A stretch of 64,000 nt of DNA, taken from Minisyncoccota bacterium (GTDB taxonomy: Bacteria > Patescibacteriota > Minisyncoccia > 2-02-FULL-40-12 > IGHO2-01-FULL-4-A). Of this stretch, positions 28,601-38,261 are shown in pieces. The first letter of the stretch is position 1. Each line of letters begins with the position of its first letter. The notes under the pieces are model-generated. The model worked only from the letters and a program-made list of their open reading frames with translations, did no database searches and was not told where the DNA came from. The DNA is taken from positions 23,174 through 87,173 of the forward strand of contig JBBEDS010000014.1 of assembly GCA_040881175.1 (NCBI GenBank), in the 5' to 3' direction. A program made the position numbers and the translations under genes.

Positions 28601-29689
28601 ATGAATATAATAATAAATCAGAAAAGATTCTTAACAGCTCTGAGGGTTGTTGAAAAAGTTGTCTCAAAAAATACTTCTTTGCCAATTCTCAACACAGTAT
28701 TACTCAAAACGGATAACGGCAGTTTAAAACTTTCCGCTACGAATCTAGAAATCGGAATTAATTATTGGATTGGAGCCAAAGTAGAAAAAGATGGAGAGGT
28801 AGCTGTTCCAGCTAAAATATTCTCAGATTTCATAAGTAATATTTCAGACGAGAAAATTAAGGTAACCTCCAATAAAAATGTGGTGTCCATAAATTCCGAG
28901 CATTATAAAACTCAAATACTGGGAATGGACACAAAAGATTTTCCGATAATTCCCAAAATAAAAAAAGATAATTCTTTCAAAATAAATACGCAGGTACTAA
29001 AAAATTCTTTAGCTAATGTATTAGATTCAACTTCTCTTTCCGAAACAAGACCAGAGCTGAGTGGGGTATATGTTAATGCTTTAAGCAATAAAATTGAATT
29101 TGCTGCGACAGATAGTTTTCGTCTTTCTGAAAAATTAATTCCGCTAAAAGAAGGTATTAGCAAATCATTTATTATTCCGAGAAATACTGTAATAGAGATA
29201 ATAAGAACAGTTGAGAATATGGATGAAGATATTAATATATCCGTCTCTGAAAATCAGATTTTTGTTCACGGACAAGACTTTGAATTGATCTCTCGCTTAA
29301 TTGATGGCCGCTACCCGGAGTACAAAAAAGTTATTCCCGATAAATTTATCTCCCTAGTCAGATTAGAAAAGTCTGAGTTTGAAAAAAATATCAGGATGGC
29401 TAGTGTATTTTCTTCAAGTATATCCGACATAAAGCTTAAAGTTTCAAAAGATACTATGGAAATATCAGCCAAGAATAGCGATAGAGGAGAGATCACCTCA
29501 CACATGAGTTGTGATCTAAAAAGCAGCCCATTTGAGATATTAGTTAACTACCACTATCTTTTAGATGGACTAAAAACAATACCGACAGGAAATGTAATTA
29601 TGGAGTTTACTGGCGATGGGAGTCCTTTAGTTATAAAACCCGAAGAGAAAAAGGATCAAACTTACGTTATTATGCCTCTTAGGAATTAG
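28601..29689 (+). CDS. dnaN: DNA polymerase III beta sliding clamp
   Basis: 362 aa, three-domain clamp, typical N-term MNIIINQKRFLTALRVVEKVVS. Confidence 0.9.
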   Translation: MNIIINQKRFLTALRVVEKVVSKNTSLPILNTVLLKTDNGSLKLSATNLEIGINYWIGAKVEKDGEVAVPAKIFSDFISNISDEKIKVTSNKNVVSINSEHYKTQILGMDTKDFPIIPKIKKDNSFKINTQVLKNSLANVLDSTSLSETRPELSGVYVNALSNKIEFAATDSFRLSEKLIPLKEGISKSFIIPRNTVIEIIRTVENMDEDINISVSENQIFVHGQDFELISRLIDGRYPEYKKVIPDKFISLVRLEKSEFEKNIRMASVFSSSISDIKLKVSKDTMEISAKNSDRGEITSHMSCDLKSSPFEILVNYHYLLDGLKTIPTGNVIMEFTGDGSPLVIKPEEKKDQTYVIMPLRN

Positions 29690-29697
29690 TAACTACC

Positions 29698-29982
29698 GTG
29701 GAAGATTTAAAAAGGAAATTAACTCAACTTAAGAGGGTTATAGCTTCTAAGGAAGAAGAAGATAAAAAACTGAGGACAGAACTTAAAGAAATAATCGAGA
29801 AGCTTTTTGACCAAGTAAAAACCCCGATGGAATTTATTCGGGGTTTTTACTTACAGGGTGACAGGCTAGTCATAAACACTAATAATAAATCTTTCGCTAA
29901 TGAACTTTTCTTAGTTAAGAACCAGTTGTTAGAAGGCCTTTGGGATAGAAAATTCGTGGTGAAAGAATTGGTTATTAAGTAA
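29698..29982 (+). CDS. DUF721/DciA-like small protein
   Basis: FIRGFYLQGDRLVINTNNKSFANELFLVKNQLLEGL matches the DUF721 motif; located after dnaN as in many bacteria. Confidence 0.5.
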   Translation: MEDLKRKLTQLKRVIASKEEEDKKLRTELKEIIEKLFDQVKTPMEFIRGFYLQGDRLVINTNNKSFANELFLVKNQLLEGLWDRKFVVKELVIK

Positions 29983-29984
29983 GA

Positions 29985-32153
29985 CTAGTTTGAAGATTGA
30001 CCTGTGCCTAAGACCCATCTCTGCACAGACTCTTCCCAGTTCTTAGATTGAGAATCTTTCCCATGATTTTCAGGTATAGGCCCTGAAGGATTATCTTTAT
30101 TTACGTAATAGAGCAGAGAGTGTATTCCGTCAGGGCCATTGTAGTTACCATTTAGCATTACCTTATCAGCGAACACAGGATTTGGCTTTATGAACTGTTC
30201 TGATGGCGTGCCAGCAAGAGCTCTCGCAATAAACTCGTGCCACATAGGGCCTGCTGCTGATAAACCGGCTCCTTGCTGAGTCATTGAGTCATTATTATTG
30301 TTCCCCGTCCAGACTCCGACTGCAAGAGATGGGGTGTAGCCTATAAGCCAACCATCTCTGTTCTCCTGAGTGGTACCTGTCTTAGCGGCTACCTGACGGT
30401 CAGCGAAGTATAAAGAGCTGTTATAGCCGAATACAGGCCCTCTGGCGTTATTATCAGACAAGACATCGGACATCAAACGAGCCAGTTGAGCATCTAAGAC
30501 TCTTTCCTCCTGGACTTTGTTTTCTTCAAGAATGGTCCCGTCTCCAGTTACAACTTTCTGAATGAATGTCTGAGGTGTTCTTATCCCGTCATTTGCTAAA
30601 ACACCATAGGCGGCTACCATGTCTACAAGACGAACCTCTCCACCACCCAAGACTAGAGACAAGCCATATCTAGGCCGGTCATTAAGGGTGGTAATGCCCA
30701 TTTTATGGGCTAGATCGATAGTACCTTCTATACCAGCCAGGTAGAGAGTTTTAACGGAAGGGACGTTTAGTGATTGAGAAAGAGCCTGACGCATTGTTAC
30801 AGGGCCTCTGAAGCGGCCATCATAGTTTTGGGGATTATAGCAATCAAGACCAGAAGGATCCTTTGTTTGAGTAGCTGAAGAAGAACACTCGGGATTAAAT
30901 TCTGTTGGCAGATCGAAAAGTATAGTCGAATCGGCAAAACCTTTTTCGAAGGCTAGGGTATAAGCAAAAGGTTTAAATGACGAACCTGGCTGACGACTTG
31001 CTGTTGCAACGTTAAAATTACCCTCAAATTTACATGTCTTTCCTGGAATGCAGCCTTCGGGTTCCGCTTCACCAGAGTAATCTTTGGAACCGACCATAGC
31101 TAGAATATAGCCGGTCTTAGGGTCGGTCGCGACCAGAGCAGCATTATTAGCCTTATACCTTTCGGTATTAATCTCCGCGTACTTCTTTACGGTTTCTTCC
31201 GCTATCTTCTGTAGCTCCGAATCCAGGGTCGTGTAAACTCTAAGGCCACCATTCTGAACCATATCCTCGCCATACTTGTTCACCAGGTACTCTCTTACCA
31301 TGATGACGAAATGAGGAGCAGGAAAGCTGATCTCTGGAGTTGTTATTTCCGGAAATTCACTCACGGCCACGTCATGCTCCTCTTGAGTTATCGTGCCTAA
31401 GTTAAGCATTCTGCCTAAAATGAGATCTCTTCTATCAATCGCCCGCGAGAGGTTATTATTAGTACCATAAGGGGAGTAATAGCTTGGCGCATTAGGTAAA
31501 GCTGCTAAAAGTGTAGCCTCAGCTATATCCAGGTCCTTAGCGGGTTTATTAAAAAATGTTTGTGCAGCAGCTTCAATGCCGTAAGCATTGGAACCATAGG
31601 GTATTTGGTTCAAGTACATCCAAAATATTTCATCTTTGCTAAATTTACGTTCGATCTGAACCGAGAGGACAGCTTCCTTAACTTTTCTAGCGATTGTCTT
31701 CTCATCTCCAAGCAGAGATTTTTTAATCAGCTGCTGAGTTATCGTAGAGCCGCCCTGAGAGGCATCTAGGTTACGCAAGTCTTTGTATAATGCGCGGAGA
31801 ATGCCCCTAAAGTCTATGCCGCCATGGTTATAGAAATCGCTGTCTTCAGCAGCGAGAGTAGCATCTTTTACTGTCTGAGGTATCTGCTCCCAAGGGATGA
31901 TAGTTCTTTTTTCTTCGCCGTGGATGTCATAAAGAAGGGATTCTCTGGTGTTGTCATAAATTTTGGTAGACTCACTGACTCGGCGAGCGGCTATAGCTGA
32001 AGGATCAGGAACTTGGCGGGCGTAGTATAGAAAAATGACCACTAAAAAAACCAAGCCGGTTACGGCTAGCAATAATAGGGTAAGGAAGAAATTCTTTAAC
32101 TGGCTGGGTTTTTTCTTCTTTTTTGATCTTTGCATGTATGCTGATTTTGCCAT
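29985..32153 (-). CDS. class A penicillin-binding protein (PBP1A: GT51 glycosyltransferase + transpeptidase)
   Basis: EDSDFYNHGGIDFRGILRA (GT51), SSFKPF (SxxK), KTGT; start moved to internal Met (MAKSAYMQRSKKKKK...TM) because track start lies 15 nt from divergent tyrS and overlaps its promoter. Confidence 0.85.
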   Translation of the reverse strand: MAKSAYMQRSKKKKKPSQLKNFFLTLLLLAVTGLVFLVVIFLYYARQVPDPSAIAARRVSESTKIYDNTRESLLYDIHGEEKRTIIPWEQIPQTVKDATLAAEDSDFYNHGGIDFRGILRALYKDLRNLDASQGGSTITQQLIKKSLLGDEKTIARKVKEAVLSVQIERKFSKDEIFWMYLNQIPYGSNAYGIEAAAQTFFNKPAKDLDIAEATLLAALPNAPSYYSPYGTNNNLSRAIDRRDLILGRMLNLGTITQEEHDVAVSEFPEITTPEISFPAPHFVIMVREYLVNKYGEDMVQNGGLRVYTTLDSELQKIAEETVKKYAEINTERYKANNAALVATDPKTGYILAMVGSKDYSGEAEPEGCIPGKTCKFEGNFNVATASRQPGSSFKPFAYTLAFEKGFADSTILFDLPTEFNPECSSSATQTKDPSGLDCYNPQNYDGRFRGPVTMRQALSQSLNVPSVKTLYLAGIEGTIDLAHKMGITTLNDRPRYGLSLVLGGGEVRLVDMVAAYGVLANDGIRTPQTFIQKVVTGDGTILEENKVQEERVLDAQLARLMSDVLSDNNARGPVFGYNSSLYFADRQVAAKTGTTQENRDGWLIGYTPSLAVGVWTGNNNNDSMTQQGAGLSAAGPMWHEFIARALAGTPSEQFIKPNPVFADKVMLNGNYNGPDGIHSLLYYVNKDNPSGPIPENHGKDSQSKNWEESVQRWVLGTGQSSN

Positions 32154-32165
32154 AAAACGGTCAAA

Positions 32166-32194
32166 TTTACAAGGCGAGGGAGAAGGGTTATAAT
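32166..32194 (+). promoter_or_regulatory. sigma70-like promoter TTTACA-N17-TATAAT upstream of tyrS
   Basis: seen directly; 19 nt upstream of tyrS ATG 32214. Confidence 0.45.
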
Positions 32195-32213
32195 TCAATA
32201 ATAACTCAATTTT

Positions 32214-33416
32214 ATGGCCAAGATTATTGTCGATGAGAATCTAATCAACGAGGTACTTAACTCTAGATACATAGAGGCCGCTTTTCCTTCCAAGGATAAA
32301 ATAAAAGCTCTTTTTCTTGAAGGCAGAAGGCTGTCTTTCTATCTAGGAGTGGACCCTACAGGTCCGGACATACACCTTGGGCACACGACGAACCTATTTC
32401 TTTTAAAGAGGATTGCCGAGTTGGGCCACAAGATAATAATTCTGATAGGAGATTTCACGGCTAGGATCGGAGACCCTACAGATAAAGAGAGCTCACGCAA
32501 AGCGCTTACCGAGAAAGAGGTAAAAGAGAATATGAAAACTTACCTTGAGCAAGTTCAAAAAGTCTTGCCCAAAAAGATGTTTGAGGTGAAGCATAACAGC
32601 GCATGGCTGAAGAAGATGTCTTTTGAAGATGTGATAAGGCTAGCGTCAAAGTTCACTGTGCAACAGATGATTGCCAGGGACATGTTCCAAGAAAGGATTA
32701 AAAAAGAGAAGCCGATTTTTATACACGAATTTCTTTACCCGTTAATGCAGGGCTATGATTCGGTAGCCATGGAAGTAGATGGAGAGGTGGGGGGTAACGA
32801 CCAGACCTTCAACATGCTAGTGGGCAGAGATTTGTCTAAAGAAGTGTTGGGCAAAGACAAGGTGGTCATTGCCACTAAACTTCTAGAAGATCCAAAGACA
32901 GGCAAGAAACTTATGAATAAGAGTGAGGGCCAATATATCTCTCTGAACGATGCCCCTAATGATCTTTTCGGAAAGGTAATGGCTATGCCAGATCAAAGCA
33001 TCATTCCAGTACTTTCCTATGCTACCGAGGTCCCTGATAGTAGGCTGGCGGAGGTAAGGAAAATGTTAGATGGAGGAGAAAACCCCAAGATGGCCAAAGA
33101 GGAAACAGCCTACGAGTTAGTCAAGCTATACTATGGAGAAAAAGAAGCCCAGAAAGCTAAAGAAGGTTTTGGAAAGGTATTCTCAGAAGGTAAAACTCCC
33201 GATAATATAGAAGAATTTCAGATATCGGAGGAAGTGGCTCCGATTCTGGAAGTCCTAGAAGGGTCGGGCCTAGCCAACTCAAGAAGCGAAGCTAAGCGCC
33301 TAGTAGACCAAAAAGCAGTTACGATAAACGGCGAAGCTGTAGAAGATTGGGGTCACGAAATTAAAAAAGGAGACATCCTAAAGGTGGGATCTCATAGATT
33401 CCTGAAAATAGTATAG
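32214..33416 (+). CDS. tyrS: tyrosine--tRNA ligase
   Basis: HLGH (HIGH) motif, KLMNKSEG (KMSKS), C-terminal S4 domain (RLVDQKAVTINGEAV). Confidence 0.9.
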   Translation: MAKIIVDENLINEVLNSRYIEAAFPSKDKIKALFLEGRRLSFYLGVDPTGPDIHLGHTTNLFLLKRIAELGHKIIILIGDFTARIGDPTDKESSRKALTEKEVKENMKTYLEQVQKVLPKKMFEVKHNSAWLKKMSFEDVIRLASKFTVQQMIARDMFQERIKKEKPIFIHEFLYPLMQGYDSVAMEVDGEVGGNDQTFNMLVGRDLSKEVLGKDKVVIATKLLEDPKTGKKLMNKSEGQYISLNDAPNDLFGKVMAMPDQSIIPVLSYATEVPDSRLAEVRKMLDGGENPKMAKEETAYELVKLYYGEKEAQKAKEGFGKVFSEGKTPDNIEEFQISEEVAPILEVLEGSGLANSRSEAKRLVDQKAVTINGEAVEDWGHEIKKGDILKVGSHRFLKIV

Positions 33417-33426
33417 ATGTAAAATA

Positions 33427-33457
33427 AAAGACACCTGGCATTTGCCAGGTGTCTTTT
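33427..33457. terminator. bidirectional rho-independent terminator
   Basis: AAAGACACCTGGCATTTGCCAGGTGTCTTTT perfect 12-bp stem, flanking A/T runs. Confidence 0.75.
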
Positions 33458-33657
33458 AAAAGTTAACTTTATTCGGAGTCTTCTTCGCCTTCACCTTCAT
33501 CTTCGCTTTCTGTCTCTTCTACCACGCCTTCTTCATCTAGCTCCTCTTCTTCCACAAAGGAATACTTATAATCATGGTTCAACATGATATCTTTTCAGTC
33601 TCGTTACGCTCCCGGATCTCCAAAAGGTTATCTGCGGGTGGCACAAACGAAACCCAG

Positions 33658-34137
33658 TTAATTTTCATATACTACAGTATTGGCGCAACAGATTGCAAGA
33701 GCTAGGGCATCTGCCGTGTCGTCTGGCTTGGGTTCGGTTTCTAGCCCCAGGATCATCTTAACCATTTTCTGAACTTGGTTCTTCTCGGCTCTGCCATAAC
33801 CCGACACAGCCTGCTTTACCTGTAGGGGAGTGAATTCTGTTATCTCTATACCGTTATTGGCGGCAACTACCATTAGAACACCCCTGACCTCGCTTACTTT
33901 AATCACGGTTTTTGCGTTTTTAAAAAAGAAGAGACTCTCCAACGAAACCTTGTCAGGTTTAAATTTTTTTATCAGTTTATCAAAGAAATCATAAACCTCC
34001 CTAACTCTGTCCCGATTCATAATATTCACACCTGTTTTTAAAAAACCGAAATCGACGGGCGTGTAGCTCTTTTTATCGGTGTCTATTATTCCATAGCCGA
34101 TAAGAGAGGTTCCAGGATCTAAGCCTAGTATGCGCAT
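33658..34137 (-). CDS. ruvC: crossover junction endodeoxyribonuclease RuvC
   Basis: MRILGLDPGTSLIGYGI start, catalytic D/E residues, DTADALALA motif. Confidence 0.9.
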   Translation of the reverse strand: MRILGLDPGTSLIGYGIIDTDKKSYTPVDFGFLKTGVNIMNRDRVREVYDFFDKLIKKFKPDKVSLESLFFFKNAKTVIKVSEVRGVLMVVAANNGIEITEFTPLQVKQAVSGYGRAEKNQVQKMVKMILGLETEPKPDDTADALALAICCANTVVYEN

Positions 34138-34141
34138 GAGG

Positions 34142-34669
34142 TTATTGTTTTAAATTAGTATGAACGTTTCCCACATCATCGTGAGAGTTTAACTCTTCAA
34201 AAAGCTTATCTATCTTCTGTTTGACGGACTCATCGCTAATTTCTAGAGGACTATGGGGATTCCAATTTGCGTCGAACATCCAATTGAGAGAGTTCTCTGG
34301 AACCATTTTGACATCGTTCTTGGAGAATACATTTTTAATCTCGCCTATAGTTCGGTTCGTATTGTCAGTTATGGCTTCAACTATGATAGCTATTGAGAAG
34401 GGGCCCATTCCTTGGATTACCATTTCGTTCAAGGCTGCAGAGTCTTTCTCCGATACTCTTTTTATGGCTCGGTCGATATTATCCTTGGGCATATTTGCTG
34501 CACGGGCCTCATCGATGGCCGACTGCAGCTTAAAGTTAACTGAAGGGTCAGCGCCATTCTTAGCTGCGACAGTTATCCTCTTCGCAAGTTTGCTAAAAAC
34601 CTGACCCTTCTTCTGGTCGCTTATTCCCTTCTTATGCTTTATTTGTGACCATTTGCTATGACCTGACAT
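34142..34669 (-). CDS. yebC: YebC/PmpR-family DNA-binding regulator (shorter than typical, 175 aa)
   Basis: Canonical N-terminus MSGHSKWSQIKHKKG and KNGADPSVNFKLQ motif. Confidence 0.75.
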   Translation of the reverse strand: MSGHSKWSQIKHKKGISDQKKGQVFSKLAKRITVAAKNGADPSVNFKLQSAIDEARAANMPKDNIDRAIKRVSEKDSAALNEMVIQGMGPFSIAIIVEAITDNTNRTIGEIKNVFSKNDVKMVPENSLNWMFDANWNPHSPLEISDESVKQKIDKLFEELNSHDDVGNVHTNLKQ

Positions 34670-34711
34670 GATTCCTATTCTAGCCCGTGACTGAGACTCA
34701 GTAAAGCATCA

Positions 34712-35101
34712 CTAACAGGGTTTGTGGAGCTCACGCTCATAATTCTTGAGCAACTCAGCTTCTGAGCTGAACTCTCTCAAATATTCCCTAGAAAGACTCT
34801 TCCACGAGCTGTCGGTGTCACAATAGTAGTACCGGGCTCTACTATTGGAGCTTGTATAGAAAATATGGCTAGATTGCTTGGATGAGGCGGTCGGGACAGA
34901 TGCGGGAGCTTTAGTAGCGGTTGGGTTGCCGAGAGACTCCCTAGATATAGGAGAGGGGGTTGCCGTTTTTTCTATCGACTCTTTTAGTGTTTGGATTATC
35001 TCCGCATGGCCTTCAACTTGGCTTGGAGTATTGGAGTTTTCAGAAATAAATATTGCGCCAAGAGTTACAAGGAAAACGGTGAATAGAACCGGTAGGCGCA
35101 T
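34712..35101 (-). CDS. secreted hypothetical protein (129 aa, signal peptide, Ser/Thr/Pro-rich)
   Basis: ORF track; N-terminal hydrophobic signal. Confidence 0.4.
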   Translation of the reverse strand: MRLPVLFTVFLVTLGAIFISENSNTPSQVEGHAEIIQTLKESIEKTATPSPISRESLGNPTATKAPASVPTASSKQSSHIFYTSSNSRARYYYCDTDSSWKSLSREYLREFSSEAELLKNYERELHKPC

Positions 35102-35104
35102 GAG

Positions 35105-36133
35105 TTAGATCAATTTTTCTTGAGGTACGTCTTCTCTGCTGTGGCCGAGATGTTTTAGGGCCAGGTCAGTAAGCATTCTACCGCGAGATGTACGTGCAAG
35201 AAAACCTATTTGCATAAGATAGGGCTCATAAACATCCTCGATAGTTTCCTCCTCCTCTGCTATAGAAGCAGCTACCGATTTGAGACCGACAGGACCGCCC
35301 TTGAAACTCTCGGCAATTGTCTTGAGTATTTTCCGGTCCGTGGCATCAAGTCCCAGCTCATCTATGCCAAGTAAAGACAGGGCTTCAATGGCAAGGGGCG
35401 CCGTTATAAACTCAGAGTTTTTAACTTGAGCATAGTCACGCGCTCTTTTAAGAAGTCGATTGGCAATTCTAGGAGTAAAGCGGGAAGAGCTGGCCAGTTT
35501 ATCTAAGGCCTCATCATCTATCTTTACCTTAAGGAGCTTAGCAGAACGGCTCAATATTTTCTTTATTTCATCTTGACTGTAGAAGTCTAGTTTATAATGG
35601 GCTCCAAAGCGTGAACGGAAGGGATTCGATAGAAGAGATACCCTGGTAGTAGCCGCTATGAGGGTGAAGCGGGGGAGATTGACCTGAAGAGTCTTGGCCG
35701 AAGTGCCTTTGCCGATAATAATATCGAGATTATAATTCTCCATTGCTGGATAGAGTGTTTCCTCGACGGTTTTGTTCAGTCTATGGACCTCGTCTATGAA
35801 CAGGAAGTCACCATCTGAAAGACCGGTTAGAATAGAGCCTATGTCCCCAGCTTTCTCTAATGCTGCTCCTGAGGTAATTCGGATGCCTGCGCCGGACTCT
35901 TTGGCTATTAGGTATGCTAGGGTCGTTTTGCCCAGACCAGACGGCCCATGGATCAGAATATGCTCCAGAGTGTCTTCTCTTTTTTTTGAGGCCTCAATCA
36001 GTATAGACAGGTTTTTCTTTACATTTTCCTGTCCTACATAGTCGCCGAAAACAGACGGTCTTAAAGCCAGATCCAGTACTTGGTCATCTGGCTCCTGGGC
36101 AACTGGGGTCTTTTTTTTTGTTGTATCCGGCAT
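35105..36133 (-). CDS. ruvB: Holliday junction branch-migration helicase RuvB
   Basis: GPSGLGKTTLAYLIA Walker A, DEVHRL Walker B, sensor motifs. Confidence 0.95.
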   Translation of the reverse strand: MPDTTKKKTPVAQEPDDQVLDLALRPSVFGDYVGQENVKKNLSILIEASKKREDTLEHILIHGPSGLGKTTLAYLIAKESGAGIRITSGAALEKAGDIGSILTGLSDGDFLFIDEVHRLNKTVEETLYPAMENYNLDIIIGKGTSAKTLQVNLPRFTLIAATTRVSLLSNPFRSRFGAHYKLDFYSQDEIKKILSRSAKLLKVKIDDEALDKLASSSRFTPRIANRLLKRARDYAQVKNSEFITAPLAIEALSLLGIDELGLDATDRKILKTIAESFKGGPVGLKSVAASIAEEEETIEDVYEPYLMQIGFLARTSRGRMLTDLALKHLGHSREDVPQEKLI

Positions 36134-36155
36134 AAGAAGTGCTTTAAAAACTGGC

Positions 36156-36184
36156 TTGACAGATAGCTATTTTATAGATAGAAT
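36156..36184 (+). promoter_or_regulatory. sigma70-like promoter TTGACA-N17-TAGAAT pointing into the ruvB-pilB intergenic region
   Basis: seen directly at 36156-36161 and 36179-36184. Confidence 0.45.
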
Positions 36185-36190
36185 ATGAGC

Positions 36191-36400
36191 ATAGAGTCCC
36201 TGGGTTAGGGGCTTTAGTTTAAACCTTATAGTCTGTAGGCAATTGAGCTATTTGATATAATCATACGGCTCAATCGGAGTATTCTCGCAGACGGGTGTCT
36301 TGGTTCCGACTGGGATATACCTCGGTACTACTCTACCCTGGGTTTCCTTAGGTCCGGGTTTTTGCCTACAGGCTATAGGGTTTAATTTTTTTATTCTCCA
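36191..36400 (+). ncRNA. candidate structured small RNA (about 200 nt) of unknown class
   Basis: Downstream of promoter; imperfect 19/21-bp long-range inverted repeat (AACCTTATAGTCTGTAGGCAA at 36222 pairs with TTGCCTACAGGCTATAGGGTT at 36362) enclosing internal hairpins (ATTGAGC...GCTCAAT), ends in T-run TAATTTTTTTA; no CDS on this strand. Confidence 0.3.
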
Positions 36401-38061
36401 ACTACTCGTAGTACTTCGTCAATGGAAGTTATCCCCGAAATGGCTTTTATCAGGCCGTCTTGCAGCAAAGTTATCATTCCTTTCTCCTTGGCCATATCTT
36501 CTACTTCAGATATTGCCGGCGATTTTAATATCAATCTTTCCATATCCGGATCAATCTCAAAAAGTTCGTATACTCCGATGCGTCCCTTGTAGCCGGTCCC
36601 ATTGCAGTCCTCGCAGCCTTGGGGGTAATGTATCTCCATTGATTCACTCAAGTCAGTAGCCTCAACTTCTTTGGGCAGCTTAGCCAGATATTTTCTTAGC
36701 AGCTCGAGATCCGGGGCTGCTATTTTTTGTTTCTTCTTACAGTTTTCGCAAAGACGTCTGACAAGACGCTGAGCCATTGCAGCATTAAGAGCCGGAGCTA
36801 TAGTCACAGGTTTTACGTTGAAATCAATGAGTCTAGGGATGGTTCCAGCCGCGTTATTAGTGTGCAGAGTCGAGAATACCAAGTGTCCCGTCAAAGACGC
36901 CTGCATGGCGATCTCGGCTGTTTCCGCATCACGTATCTCACCGACCAATATTACATCCGGATCCTGTCTGACTATTGAACGTAGCCCATCAGCAAAAGTG
37001 TATCCGGCCCGTGCATCAACTTGCGTTTGAGCTACCCCTTCAATGTGGTATTCGATTGGATCTTCGATCGTTATTATCTTCACATCTGGGCTATTAACTT
37101 GTCGCAAGAAAGCATATAGGGTGGTTGTCTTACCAGAGCCAGTAGGGCCGGTGGTTAATATTGAGCCCGTAGTTTTTTGTAAAAGCTTTTTGATCTTGGC
37201 TAAGGTATCTCCACGCATTCCTAAATCTTCTAGCTTTTGTCGGATAGTCAACGGATCGAGAAGACGCATTACAATGTTCTCGCCATAAGCTCCGGGTAGG
37301 ACTGACACACGAACTTCAATATCTCTACCTTCTTGTCTGATCGTAAAGCGACCATCTTGGGGAACATTGTGGACGTTTATCTTTAGTCCGGACAGGAGCT
37401 TAATGCGGGAAAGAATATTCGGGTAGCCCGTTGTAGAAAAATCGACGATGTCGCTCAGCATCCCATCCAGACGGTAGCGTAGTCTAATAGCGGCCTCTTC
37501 TGGTTCAAGGTGAATATCTGATGCTCCTACCTTGAGAGCACCAGCCATGATCATGTTTAGAACCTTGGTGATTGGAAGAGATGTCAGCTGTTCTTTTAAG
37601 TCAGCGAGCCCTTCTATCTGGCCCTCGAGGTTGGCTATCTCAGATTCTTTAATGGAGACTACTCCCTCCGTGGTTTGAGAACGCTCCTTCTTGAGCTCAT
37701 ATCTTTGCCAAGCGGAAGCTAGGCTTTCGCCCGAGACTATAACAACGTCAGGGTTGTAGCCGTCTTTCCTTAATTTTTCCAAAGAGGCGGAAGTCGGATG
37801 ATTGTCAGGGTTTAAAACAGCCACCCGAATATCCTTACCTTTCTTTGATATGACCGCCATTTGACTGGCGCGAGCGTCACTCTCTTGCATAAGCAAGATA
37901 GCGTCGTTGTCTATAGGGAAAGATTTGAGGTTAAGGTAGTGAAGGCCGGCCTTTTGCGCCAAGGCCTTAGCATTATCTTCATCCTGCTGTTTTTTGATGG
38001 AAGATAGCTTCTCTTCCAGCTCTTTCTCCAGCTCAGGTTTTTTTAGTGATGTTTGAGCCAT
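36391..38061 (-). CDS. pilB: type IV pilus assembly / type II secretion ATPase PilB/GspE
   Basis: GSPII_E N-terminal domain, Walker A LTTGPTGSGKTTTLYAFL, Asp/His boxes, tetracysteine CEDC...CNGTGY zinc motif. Confidence 0.9.
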   Translation of the reverse strand: MAQTSLKKPELEKELEEKLSSIKKQQDEDNAKALAQKAGLHYLNLKSFPIDNDAILLMQESDARASQMAVISKKGKDIRVAVLNPDNHPTSASLEKLRKDGYNPDVVIVSGESLASAWQRYELKKERSQTTEGVVSIKESEIANLEGQIEGLADLKEQLTSLPITKVLNMIMAGALKVGASDIHLEPEEAAIRLRYRLDGMLSDIVDFSTTGYPNILSRIKLLSGLKINVHNVPQDGRFTIRQEGRDIEVRVSVLPGAYGENIVMRLLDPLTIRQKLEDLGMRGDTLAKIKKLLQKTTGSILTTGPTGSGKTTTLYAFLRQVNSPDVKIITIEDPIEYHIEGVAQTQVDARAGYTFADGLRSIVRQDPDVILVGEIRDAETAEIAMQASLTGHLVFSTLHTNNAAGTIPRLIDFNVKPVTIAPALNAAMAQRLVRRLCENCKKKQKIAAPDLELLRKYLAKLPKEVEATDLSESMEIHYPQGCEDCNGTGYKGRIGVYELFEIDPDMERLILKSPAISEVEDMAKEKGMITLLQDGLIKAISGITSIDEVLRVVGE

Positions 38062-38232
38062 ATTCGGCGTGGATTATTACTAACAATTCTAGCACCTTTT
38101 TTGTTTTTTGTTCTCAACACCTGGGCGTTCTGGTCATCTGGGAAATTTTAAGTGTAAGCTTCGGTTTATCAGCAATACGAATCCGGGTCAAATGAAGAAA
38201 TTGGGGATAAATTGTTGATAAAGGTAGGGCTA

Positions 38233-38261
38233 TTGACCCGCAATAATCTTGGTGATATAAT
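38233..38261 (+). promoter_or_regulatory. sigma70-like promoter TTGACC-N17-TATAAT with extended TG for nusA
   Basis: seen directly; about 77 nt upstream of nusA ATG; leader contains CCGC-CAGAAA-GCGG hairpin followed by TTTTCATT. Confidence 0.45.

Noticed and set aside
36300-37288. Plus-strand ORFs (36300-36659, 36727-36978, 36818-37030, 37043-37288) antisense to pilB
   Set aside because: They sit entirely or mostly within the well-supported pilB coding sequence and have no motifs or RBS. They are antisense artefacts, although the first 90 nt of 36300-36659 overlap the candidate ncRNA.
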